NCBI RefSeq assembly: GCF_000305935.1
Contig: NC_018870.1
Span: forward strand, 55,942 to 79,941
Origin: Thermacetogenium phaeum DSM 12270
Lineage (GTDB): Bacteria; Bacillota; DSM-12270; Thermacetogeniales; Thermacetogeniaceae
Direction: 5' to 3'
Length of the DNA stretch: 24,000 bases
Position numbers and translations under genes: made by a program. The notes under the pieces are model-generated. The model saw only the letters and a list, made by a program, of their open reading frames with translations. It searched no databases and had not been told where the DNA came from. Below, in pieces: positions 8,345-14,672 of this stretch. How positions within the stretch are numbered: position 1 is the first letter of the stretch; the number at the start of each line of letters is the position of its first letter.

Positions 8345-8932
8345 TTGTCGGAGGAAGGTGTGTTTGTGGATGCCCGCGGGCTTTCCTGCCCCCAGCCGGT
8401 GATCATGACCAGGAAAGCCCTGGAGTCGGCCGCTGAGGGGAGGGTGACGGCTGTCGTCGATAATGAAGTCGCCAGAGATAACATCGTGAAGATGGCCCGC
8501 TCGCTCTCCTGTGAGGTAGACATCGACAGGGCGGGGAGCGATTATTACATCCACATTACCAGGCCGGAGCACTTCTCCACCCGACTGCAGAGACAGGAAA
8601 CACAACTCTTTGTGTTTTCCTCAGACTGCCTGGGCCGGGGGAGTGAAGAGCTCGGGCGGACCCTGATGAAGAACTTCTTCTATTCCCTGTGCGAGCAGGG
8701 AGGATTGGGCAAGGTCCTGATATTCTTAAACGGCGGGGTCAGGCTGACCTGTACCGGGTCACCGGTGCTGGATTATCTCATCGAGCTTCAGCAAGACGGC
8801 GCCGCCATTCTCACCTGCGGCACCTGCCTGGACTATTACCAGCTGCGTTCCAGCCTGGGTGTGGGCGAGGTCACTAACATGTACGCCATTGTCGAATACC
8901 TTCAGCAATGCCCCCGTGTTGTTTTTCTTTAA
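8345..8932 (+). CDS. yedF: YedF-like selenium metabolism protein (TusA/SirA-like N-domain + DsrE-like C-domain)
   Basis: MSEEGVFVDARGLSCPQPVIMTRKAL (CPxP motif) followed by a DsrE-like half (LFVFSSD.LG.G..ELG..LM..F...L.....P..IIF.N.GV.L; ILTCGTCLDYY). TTG 8345 with AGGAGGGAG 5 nt upstream. Sits immediately downstream of selD. Confidence 0.8.
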   Translation: MSEEGVFVDARGLSCPQPVIMTRKALESAAEGRVTAVVDNEVARDNIVKMARSLSCEVDIDRAGSDYYIHITRPEHFSTRLQRQETQLFVFSSDCLGRGSEELGRTLMKNFFYSLCEQGGLGKVLIFLNGGVRLTCTGSPVLDYLIELQQDGAAILTCGTCLDYYQLRSSLGVGEVTNMYAIVEYLQQCPRVVFL

Positions 8933-9140
8933 CAACTGAAGGGGGATGGCTTCGTTGTTCTCAAGAGGGGAGCTCCCCGTTGAAAGGACGCTCTCCTCAT
9001 ATTTTCCCTTATCGTCGCCGGCTTCGCCTCGTGGAGAACGCCGTCCGGTGGTGCCGTGCCGGGAGCGGCAGGCGGCGCTTCGGATGCGCCGGTCAGCTCC
9101 CTAAACCCTCAAACAGGAAGGATTCTATTCTATAGACCAC

Positions 9141-9405
9141 CATGCTGCCATCGGCGGCACCAACATAGGAACGAAAAAAGGGTTTATCCTTGTCGGCGCA
9201 GCGACCTGACGGAGGTTGTTACTCGCCCTTGACGAAGGAGCAGCAAACGGCAGCCGAATCGAGACAGGATGTCGAGATAGGCGACTCTGCGGCAGGGAAG
9301 GCGCATAGGAGCCGGTCGGCTGCTTATCTATCGACGAGTCTTAGGACGAGTTAAACCGAAAGATCCGGGAGCAAGCGCAAGGATAAACCGAAACGTATTT
9401 TCAGA
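9141..9405 (+). ncRNA. Unclassified structured RNA-like element, unit B1
   Basis: 5' hairpin GCTGCC-ATC-GGCGGC (9144-9158) + ACCAACA. Perfect 12-bp closing helix GGTTTATCCTTG (9181-9192) / CAAGGATAAACC (9378-9389). Inner helix GCAGCCGA (9250-9257) / TCGGCTGC (9316-9323). Small hairpin GTCG-AGATAGG-CGAC. Homologous to copy A. Confidence 0.45.
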
Positions 9406-9410
9406 GCAGA

Positions 9411-9718
9411 CACCCATGCCGCCTCCGGCGGCACCAACAGAGTATGAAAATACTCGACGGGTCTGCCGGCGAGCGACCTATGGAAGGCCGGGTAACAGGA
9501 CAGGCGAAGCGAGGATGACAGGTCGGGATGCGAGTACAGACACCTTGCGAGTTTCGATGGAATGGATTTGTAGCGAGGCCAAACGCTGCGATTGGCAGAA
9601 ACAAATTCGTAACATGTAACGCAGCATCCAGAGCTGTCCCGAAGCGAGCCGTCGTCCTGTCCGGCCTGGAATCGGGAGTCAAGCGGTAGACCGGCAGGAT
9701 ATGCGATCTATTTTCATG
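9411..9718 (+). ncRNA. Unclassified structured RNA-like element, unit B2 (diverged tandem copy)
   Basis: Same 5' hairpin and tail as B1: GCCGCC-TCC-GGCGGC (9418-9432) + ACCAACA. GNRA hairpin GAGTAT-GAAA-ATACTC (9440-9455). Conserved CGGCGAGCGACCT junction. Long-range helices CTGCCGG (9463-9469) / CCGGCAG (9691-9697) and GGCCGG+ACAGG (9486-9504) / CCTGT+CCGGCC (9656-9666). Hairpin GCTGCG (9585-9590) / CGCAGC (9620-9625). Shares the TATTTTCA tail. Confidence 0.35.
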
Positions 9719-9758
9719 ACAGAGAAAAAAGCAAGACGGAAAGAGAAAGGTGAAGAGG

Positions 9759-9965
9759 ATGGCACCGATGCGGTTTAGCCTCGGCGATGTCGTGCGCATG
9801 AAAAAACAGCATCCCTGCGGGAATGACGAGTGGGAGATCCTGCGGGTGGGGATGGATTTCCGCATCCGCTGCCTGAAGTGTGGGCGCCAGGTGATGATCC
9901 CCAGGGCGAAGTTCGAAAGGAGCGTCAAGGCCGTGGTCAGGGAGGCGCTCTCGGATGAAGAGTAG
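9759..9965 (+). CDS. DUF951-family small protein (YyzM-like)
   Basis: ..FSLGDVVRMKKQHPCGNDEWEILRVGMDFRIRCLKCGRQVMIPRAKFERSVK matches the DUF951 pattern that usually sits just upstream of rpsF in Firmicutes. The start is ambiguous (GTG 9750, ATG 9759 or ATG 9768). Confidence 0.8.
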   Translation: MAPMRFSLGDVVRMKKQHPCGNDEWEILRVGMDFRIRCLKCGRQVMIPRAKFERSVKAVVREALSDEE

Positions 9966-10010
9966 AGCTTAAAGCACACGCCCGGAGGTCTGCGAAGGGC
10001 TTTGATCTTC

Positions 10011-10039
10011 TTGTTCCCGGTTGCTTCTCATGGTATAAT
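10011..10039 (+). promoter_or_regulatory. Sigma-A promoter of the rpsF-ssb-rpsR operon
   Basis: TTGTTC (10011-10016), 17-nt spacer, extended -10 TGgTATAAT (10031-10039). Confidence 0.7.
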
Positions 10040-10045
10040 CTTTTA

Positions 10046-10096
10046 GAATTGTCCCTGCCCCTGCGGGGGCCATCAGTCCGAAGGGAGGTGGGAAGT
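10046..10096 (+). promoter_or_regulatory. Candidate rpsF leader hairpin (possible S6:S18 autoregulatory site)
   Basis: TCCCT (10052-10056) can pair with AGGGA inside the SD (10082-10086), enclosing hairpin GCCCC-TGC-GGGGC (10057-10070). A structured S6/S18-binding leader is known upstream of rpsF in many bacteria; its identity here is not verified. Confidence 0.35.
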
Positions 10097-10387
10097 TTGC
10101 GGCCTTATGAGATTCTTTTCATCCTCAAGCCGGATCTTGAGGAGGAGGCGACGACTGCCGCCATCGATAGGTTCGCAAACCTGATCCAGCAGAATCAAGG
10201 ATCTGTCGAGCAGATCAGCCGTTGGGGAAAGAGGCGGTTGGCCTACGAGATCGCGGGCTACCGCGAGGGCTACTACACCCTGATCCTATTCCAGGGTGAA
10301 CCGGCAACGGCAAAAGAGCTGGATCGGGTGATGCTCCTTACCGATGAAGTGCTGCGCCACATCATAGTCAGGCGCGATGCCGCATAA
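10097..10387 (+). CDS. rpsF: 30S ribosomal protein S6
   Basis: TTG 10097 with AAGGGAGGTG 6 nt upstream. (M)RPYEILFILKPDLEEE..RWGKRRLAYEI..EGYY is canonical S6. The 10049 start in the track is a spurious extension through the leader. Confidence 0.95.
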   Translation: MRPYEILFILKPDLEEEATTAAIDRFANLIQQNQGSVEQISRWGKRRLAYEIAGYREGYYTLILFQGEPATAKELDRVMLLTDEVLRHIIVRRDAA

Positions 10388-10413
10388 AAGCTGGCAAGGG
10401 GGAGGGGAAGGCA

Positions 10414-10863
10414 TTGTTTCTTAACCGGGTGATCTTGATCGGCCGCAGTACTCGGGAGCCGGAACTGCGGTTTACCGGCTCCGGGACGGCAGTGGCCAAT
10501 TTTACCCTTGCCGTAGACCGGCCGTTCCTGAATGCCCGTGGTGAGCGGGAAACCGATTTCATCAGGGTTGTGGTCTGGAGAAAGCTCGCTGAGACCTGCG
10601 CCAACTACATGGGTAAAGGGCGCCTGGTGGCCGTCGAGGGGCGCCTGCAGGTGCGTTCCTATCAGACGCCGGAAGGGCAGACGCGAACTGCCACGGAGGT
10701 TGTAGCTGATACGGTAAGGTTTCTGGATCGTGCCCGTGAGGGAGCTACAGCCGCCGGGCCTACCGGGCCGGAGGCGGCTCCGGAATCCGGAGAAGAGCCC
10801 GGCTTCCTGGACGATCCTGTTTTTAACGATGAGGGTTTCGGTATGGAGGAACCGCCGTTTTAA
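10414..10863 (+). CDS. ssb: Single-stranded DNA-binding protein
   Basis: [35 protein letters not shown]-fold N-terminus, Gly/Pro/Glu-rich linker, acidic tip ..GMEEPPF. TTG start. Confidence 0.95.
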   Translation: MFLNRVILIGRSTREPELRFTGSGTAVANFTLAVDRPFLNARGERETDFIRVVVWRKLAETCANYMGKGRLVAVEGRLQVRSYQTPEGQTRTATEVVADTVRFLDRAREGATAAGPTGPEAAPESGEEPGFLDDPVFNDEGFGMEEPPF

Positions 10864-10888
10864 TATTCGGATTTCAGGAGGTGTTATC

Positions 10889-11116
10889 TTGAAGCGCGAG
10901 CGCGGGAAGAAGAAAAAAAAGGTCTGCAGCTTCTGCGTGGAGCGTGTGGATACGATAGATTACAAGGATGTCTACAGACTGCGGAAGTACATTACCGAGC
11001 GGGGCAAGATCCTGCCGCGGCGGATTTCAGGGAACTGTGCCTATCATCAGCGCCGCTTGACGACGGCAATCAAGCGGGCGCGCAATGTTGCCCTGCTGCC
11101 CTTCACTGTGGAATAG
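10889..11116 (+). CDS. rpsR: 30S ribosomal protein S18
   Basis: TTG 10889 with AGGAGGTG upstream. ..KKVCSFC...[53 protein letters not shown] is canonical S18. Confidence 0.95.
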   Translation: MKRERGKKKKKVCSFCVERVDTIDYKDVYRLRKYITERGKILPRRISGNCAYHQRRLTTAIKRARNVALLPFTVE

Positions 11117-11146
11117 TTCGGAACAAAAGAAAAACGGTTTGGTTAT

Positions 11147-11179
11147 AAGAGGGAGTGTGCCGCCCCCTCTTTTGTTTTT
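11147..11179 (+). terminator. Probable Rho-independent terminator of the rpsF operon
   Basis: AAGAGGG (11147-11153) / CCCTCTT (11165-11171) stem followed by TTGTTTTT. Confidence 0.55.
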
Positions 11180-11204
11180 CGCCCGGCATGTCTGCTGAGC
11201 CGGT

Positions 11205-11344
11205 GGGTTGAAAGAAACCCCCGAGTTTGTCGGTTGACCCCCGAGTTTGGACGAATCTACCTGGACAAAGGCTACAGCTACATCTTCGCCTCCCGCCTGA
11301 AGAGAATAAAGAAAAGCGTCCAAAAAGGACGTCTTCTCACCTGA
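11205..11344 (+). pseudogene. Possible short remnant of a DDE (IS4/IS1634-like) transposase
   Basis: Frame reads ..PEFGRIYLDKGYSYIFASRLKRIKKSVQKGRLLT* (stop 11342-11344). The LDKGY and Y.YI...RLK strings resemble motifs I recall around the second Asp of IS4/IS1634 transposases. Very short, with no start codon; weak call. Confidence 0.3.
11218..11249. repeat. 12-nt direct repeat CCCCCGAGTTTG x2, separated by 8 nt
   Basis: 11218-11229 and 11238-11249 are identical. Confidence 0.9.
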
Positions 11345-11522
11345 TGGTTATCTGGGAAAAAGATATTGCGCCTGCTGCGCATGAAACAACCGAACAATGT
11401 GATTGCTGCTGATGACTTCCATGATCAGGTAATGTAGTGGCAAAATGCGCGCTTTTTAAAAAACTTTTTTAGGTTTCATACGGGTTTGAGCAGGGTCATC
11501 TGATAAACTCAGGATTGTCAAG

Positions 11523-11537
11523 ATATGATGGATTAAA
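11523..11537. repeat. Terminal inverted repeat (left copy)
   Basis: ATATGATGGATTAAA; contains the TAA stop (11533-11535, minus strand) of the 431-aa ORF. Confidence 0.95.
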
Positions 11538-12828
11538 TTTTCACCCCCTTGGAAGCTAGATATTCCTTGATCTCCTGATGATCCCGGTAGTGTTCCCGGA
11601 CAAGTTTCAGGTGCTCATTTATCAAGGAGATCCCCCTTTTCAAGAGGCGTGCCATAAGCTCAGGTGGAACACCGAACAAATACAAAATCAGGACTGCTTC
11701 GAAGGTTCCGATGTAGTTATCCACCGCCCGTGGTGAGTGATGAGTCATCCGGGCAATGTCTTTAACCGTGTAGCCCTGTAGATGCAGGCCGACGATCACA
11801 TCCTTGTGTGTCATGCTTCTCCCGGCATCAAGGATAGTCCCCGGGGTGGGCACTACCAGGTTATGTTCCCGCTGCACGCTGCGAATCAATTCCGAGATGC
11901 GGGCAGAACTTAACTGGAAGATCCACTGCAGCTCCATCAGAGTCAAGAGGCCGTTCTGGCGGTAGGCCTCGAAGCAGACCCGCACGATACGCCTCTTAAG
12001 TTGCTCCAGGAATCCCGGCACGGTGTCCGGCTGCTGCTCAAGCTCCTCGGGCTTCCAGACGGTGATAATCACCGGCGTCAACTGCCTGAAGCGGGTACTG
12101 ACGTCTTCCGAGAGGCGGGCGCTGACATGGGTCACGATGAGAGGCATCTCGTATGGCTTTAACTCCTTGGTTCGCGGGCAGCAGATGTGGCGCAGGGCGA
12201 TCACCTCTTCCACCAACTGGCGGGCCACCACCCGCCCGAGCCCGGCCTCCGCCGCCACGAATTCTGTCAGTTCCTTGAGCACCCGCCCTGGTGCCAGCAA
12301 ATCCGGCGCCTGCAGGCGGTCAGCAGGCAGGACTGGCTGAATTTGTTCAATCATGCAGTCCCAGGATGCCGCATCCGTCTTGCTGTAGGGCTGGATATCC
12401 TGGCACAGTTGATCAACATAGCTGGAGGGCCCTTTCTTACGCACCAGCGACCAGGGGTCGATGATGCGCACGAGGTCGCCCCGGCCGCCCTTGGGAAACC
12501 CCATGTGGTAACTTTGGAGGCAGCGCTCCAGGATCAGCTGCCTGGCCATGCCGAAGTCCCCGCCGCCGAGGATCGGATCCAGATACTCGGGGCAAAACAG
12601 AGGCAGGCGGGCCTGGCTCTGAGCCTTTTGCACGTACAGTTCGAAGGGCTTCACCCGCTCGATGCCCAGGACGGACTCCATCTCTTCCATGCGGCGGTTG
12701 ATCTCTTCTACCAGGAGCCGGGCGACCAGCGACTCCTTGCCGAAGTCGTACCTGCGGGCCAGGTACTGCACCTGGTAGTTGACGAGAGTTCTTTCCACCA
12801 GCGGCCGGTAGAGTTCGCGGCGGTTCAT
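11533..12828 (-). CDS. Multi-HTH protein, DUF1670-like C-terminal module (paralog of the upstream 513-aa gene)
   Basis: 431 aa of normal composition. C-terminal ~130 aa (..AYRQNGLLTLMELQWIFQLSSARISELIR......VPTPGTILDAGRSMTHKDVIVGLHLQGYTVKDIARMTHHSPRAVDNYIGTFEAVLILY..GVPPELMARLLKRGISLINEHLKLVREH) align with the C-terminus of the 513-aa protein. They match my memory of the Pfam DUF1670 pattern (L...DLA.LL..S..T.S......E.....LPTRG...D.G...THK..I..LY..G.....IA....HS....RYI..F..V). ATG overlaps the upstream stop (ATGA). Confidence 0.7.
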   Translation of the reverse strand: MNRRELYRPLVERTLVNYQVQYLARRYDFGKESLVARLLVEEINRRMEEMESVLGIERVKPFELYVQKAQSQARLPLFCPEYLDPILGGGDFGMARQLILERCLQSYHMGFPKGGRGDLVRIIDPWSLVRKKGPSSYVDQLCQDIQPYSKTDAASWDCMIEQIQPVLPADRLQAPDLLAPGRVLKELTEFVAAEAGLGRVVARQLVEEVIALRHICCPRTKELKPYEMPLIVTHVSARLSEDVSTRFRQLTPVIITVWKPEELEQQPDTVPGFLEQLKRRIVRVCFEAYRQNGLLTLMELQWIFQLSSARISELIRSVQREHNLVVPTPGTILDAGRSMTHKDVIVGLHLQGYTVKDIARMTHHSPRAVDNYIGTFEAVLILYLFGVPPELMARLLKRGISLINEHLKLVREHYRDHQEIKEYLASKGVKI

Positions 12829-14366
12829 CGCTTGACACCCCGCAGGCTTTTTTTTAGCTCGTCCTCGTGCAGTTCAAAAACTTTACGCAGGTGGTGTAGC
12901 CGGAAAGCGTATTCGGGGCCGGAGTATTCCTGAATCAACTCCAGATAAGTATTAATCAACTTAACTGATCGCCCGGTCACCCGCCGGATTAAGGGGACGG
13001 TCAGGCCGCGTTCGGACAGCACCAGCACTGCGGCGAATTCCTTGAGATAGTTCTCTATGGCCTCGTAGGAGTGCCCCGTGCGGGCGACGATCTCGGTCTC
13101 GGTATGCATCTCCAGATAGAGCTTGATGATCTTTTTGCGGTGAGTGACCCCGCGTCCGATATCGCACTCCATCCCCCTTAAGGGCACCGCCACGGCGGGG
13201 TGGGACCGCACCAGGCGGGAGATCGCCTCGGGGTGGATACCCAGCAGGTAGCCCAGGTCGGCATAGGTCAGGTAGCCCCCGGCGTATTTGGCCTGAGTGG
13301 CATAGCGCAGAACTTTCCGGAACTTGATATCGCTAAGGCGGTTTAAGTCCCGGTCCACATCCGGCGGCGGCACATCCTCCGGGTCTATTAGGGTAAGGCT
13401 CACCGGTACCAGACGGCAGGCCTCCAGGGGCTTGCCGGCCGGCTCGGTGCTGGCTACCGCCCAGTACACCACGTCCCCGTCAGGCCGGCTGTCGGAGAGG
13501 GCAGTCAGCATCTCCTCCGCTATTTCTCTCAAAGCCCTGGCCTTGACGGGTGACAGAGCAAAGTCCACCATGAGTTCATTCATGAAAGATGCCCAATCCC
13601 CGAAGGAAGGGGGTACGCCCGGCTCTTCCAAAAGGGGAAGCAGGGTCTTCTCCGGGACTACATGTACGATGGCCGCCCAGGCCTCCTCCTCGGGATCGCC
13701 CTGCTTAAACCTACCCTTTAGGATCGAGCGGGCAACGTGGGAAAAGCGGGACCACAGCTGCCGGAACGCTTCCCGGGATAGAGCAGCCGTTCGTCTGACT
13801 TCCGACAGGGACTCTCCATCCAGGTATCTGGCCAGCGCCCAGGCAGAGCGCAACATGCCACCACGCTCCCGGTCGACCCTGGGGAGACCGGCTACCGGTA
13901 CCCACATTCCTTCCCGGCGCAGTCCCGCCAGGCGGCTCCTGAGGGAGGTGGGCGTGATGTTACAGAGCACGGTCAGCTGTTTGGCGCTCAAGAGGGCATC
14001 CTGGCGGTAGGCCTCCTCGATCAAGCGGAGGATGCGGCCAGCCTGCATGGTGGACAGCCCGAACTCCAGCTCCAGGTCTAAATCTTCAATGTCGTAGGGG
14101 GTGAGCCTGATCTTTTTCAGTGCTTTATGCTTTCGAGAAAAGGCATCCCGTCCGGACACGGCGTCAGACAGGATCTGATTCGGGCCCCGTATCCCCGGCT
14201 GATTGGAAATCCACCTGGAGGTCCGGTACCCCAGCAACCGGGCCTCGGTCTCGCTCATGCCGAGTTCCTCGATAAAACGAACGGCGAGCAGGCTCTCCAG
14301 AGTCTTCTTGCGGGCTGATGCCACCTGGTATTTCAGGCGTTGACGGTATTCCTTGGCTCTTCCCAC
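12825..14366 (-). CDS. Multi-HTH protein with two DUF1670-like modules
   Basis: 513 aa. GTG start with AAGGAGG 7 nt upstream. N-terminal module (EEAYRQDALLSAKQLTVLCNITPTSLRSRLAGLRREGMWVPVAG). C-terminal module (..YAGGYLTYADLGYLLGIHPEAISRLVR.....VPLRGMECDIGRGVTHRKKIIKLYLEMHTETEIVARTGHSYEAIENYLKEFAAVLVLSERGLTVPLIRRVTGRSVKLINTYLELIQEY). Confidence 0.7.
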   Translation of the reverse strand: MGRAKEYRQRLKYQVASARKKTLESLLAVRFIEELGMSETEARLLGYRTSRWISNQPGIRGPNQILSDAVSGRDAFSRKHKALKKIRLTPYDIEDLDLELEFGLSTMQAGRILRLIEEAYRQDALLSAKQLTVLCNITPTSLRSRLAGLRREGMWVPVAGLPRVDRERGGMLRSAWALARYLDGESLSEVRRTAALSREAFRQLWSRFSHVARSILKGRFKQGDPEEEAWAAIVHVVPEKTLLPLLEEPGVPPSFGDWASFMNELMVDFALSPVKARALREIAEEMLTALSDSRPDGDVVYWAVASTEPAGKPLEACRLVPVSLTLIDPEDVPPPDVDRDLNRLSDIKFRKVLRYATQAKYAGGYLTYADLGYLLGIHPEAISRLVRSHPAVAVPLRGMECDIGRGVTHRKKIIKLYLEMHTETEIVARTGHSYEAIENYLKEFAAVLVLSERGLTVPLIRRVTGRSVKLINTYLELIQEYSGPEYAFRLHHLRKVFELHEDELKKSLRGVKR

Positions 14367-14378
14367 CAGTTTGCCTCC

Positions 14379-14651
14379 TTAACCCTTTCTGAACCCCGGC
14401 CGCAGTCTAAACCTGCGGCAGGATCCCATACCTGGGAGTATTGGAGGATTCTTGATCTCATCTATTACTTCCTGCATCCGTTTCAGTTTCTGCATGTCCC
14501 GGAGGATATCTTGGATCTGCCTATAACGGTCTTCATCATAGCGTCCGAGTGATGAAATTACTCGTTGTCTGGGATACCCTCCGCTAACATAGTAGTTGTG
14601 AGCTATCTGCATGTAACGGAGATCTCTGACTCTTACAATGCGTATGAACAT
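14379..14651 (-). CDS. Small ORF resembling the N-terminus of IS1634-family transposases (stand-alone or truncated)
   Basis: MFIRIVRVRDLRYMQIAHNYYVSGGYPRQRVISSLGRYDE.. follows the N-terminal pattern I recall for IS1634 transposases (MFIR.V....G..Y.QIVESYR..GK..Q.V...LG....). The last ~20 aa are Arg/Gly-rich and look out of frame. Its stop overlaps the RBS of the 513-aa gene. Confidence 0.45.
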   Translation of the reverse strand: MFIRIVRVRDLRYMQIAHNYYVSGGYPRQRVISSLGRYDEDRYRQIQDILRDMQKLKRMQEVIDEIKNPPILPGMGSCRRFRLRPGFRKG

Positions 14652-14657
14652 GGATCT

Positions 14658-14672
14658 TTTAATCCATCATAT
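14658..14672. repeat. Terminal inverted repeat (right copy)
   Basis: TTTAATCCATCATAT; on the minus strand it encodes the last codons and stop of hicB (..Y M M D *). Confidence 0.95.

Larger units (their letters stand above)
11523..14672 (-). mobile_element. 3,150-bp segment bounded by perfect 15-bp inverted repeats; candidate unclassified IS-like (or invertible) element carrying a 3-gene operon
   Basis: ATATGATGGATTAAA (11523-11537) is the exact reverse complement of TTTAATCCATCATAT (14658-14672). The first ORF starts 6 nt inside one repeat and the last ORF's stop codon lies inside the other. The ORFs are coupled (12-nt gap with AAGGAGG; ATGA overlap). Confidence 0.5.

Noticed and set aside
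7165-8523. 452-aa minus-strand ORF antisense to selD/yedF. Similar long antisense ORFs occur at 1109-1786(-), 2084-2830(-), 12187-12933(+), 13324-14010(+), 15739-16719(-), 16750-17394(-), 17283-17825(-), 19862-20782(-) and 22844-23833(+).
   Set aside because: All lie opposite well-supported genes. They have Arg/Gly/Pro/Ala/His-rich low-complexity composition and no family resemblance. These are typical shadow ORFs of GC-rich coding DNA.
9195-9290. Superficial resemblance of the repeated element to the glmS ribozyme core: ordered GGCGC.., TTGACGA(A)GG, ATCGA, GGATG strings.
   Set aside because: The AGCGCCAGAACT cleavage-site block is absent and no glmS gene lies downstream. There are three copies in unrelated contexts. 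Only short words match, from memory, and a CM scan would be needed.
8933-9758. Looked for tRNA-Sec (selC) next to selD/yedF, also in 7025-7170.
   Set aside because: No T-arm (GGTTCGAATCC-like) was found, no TCA anticodon loop in a suitable stem and no long acceptor stem. The CTCTAAAAC at about 7112 is not in a tRNA-like fold.
8908-9979. ORFs inside the 826-nt intergenic region: 8908-9135(+), 9416-9619(+) and 9401-9979(-, 192 aa).
   Set aside because: They are Arg/Cys/Pro-rich with no RBS. The 192-aa one runs antisense through the DUF951 gene. The region is better explained by RNA structure.
10913-10920. A8 homopolymer within rpsR (encodes the KKKK stretch).
   Set aside because: It is in frame and the basic N-terminus of S18 is normal. 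There is no evidence of slippage or frameshift.
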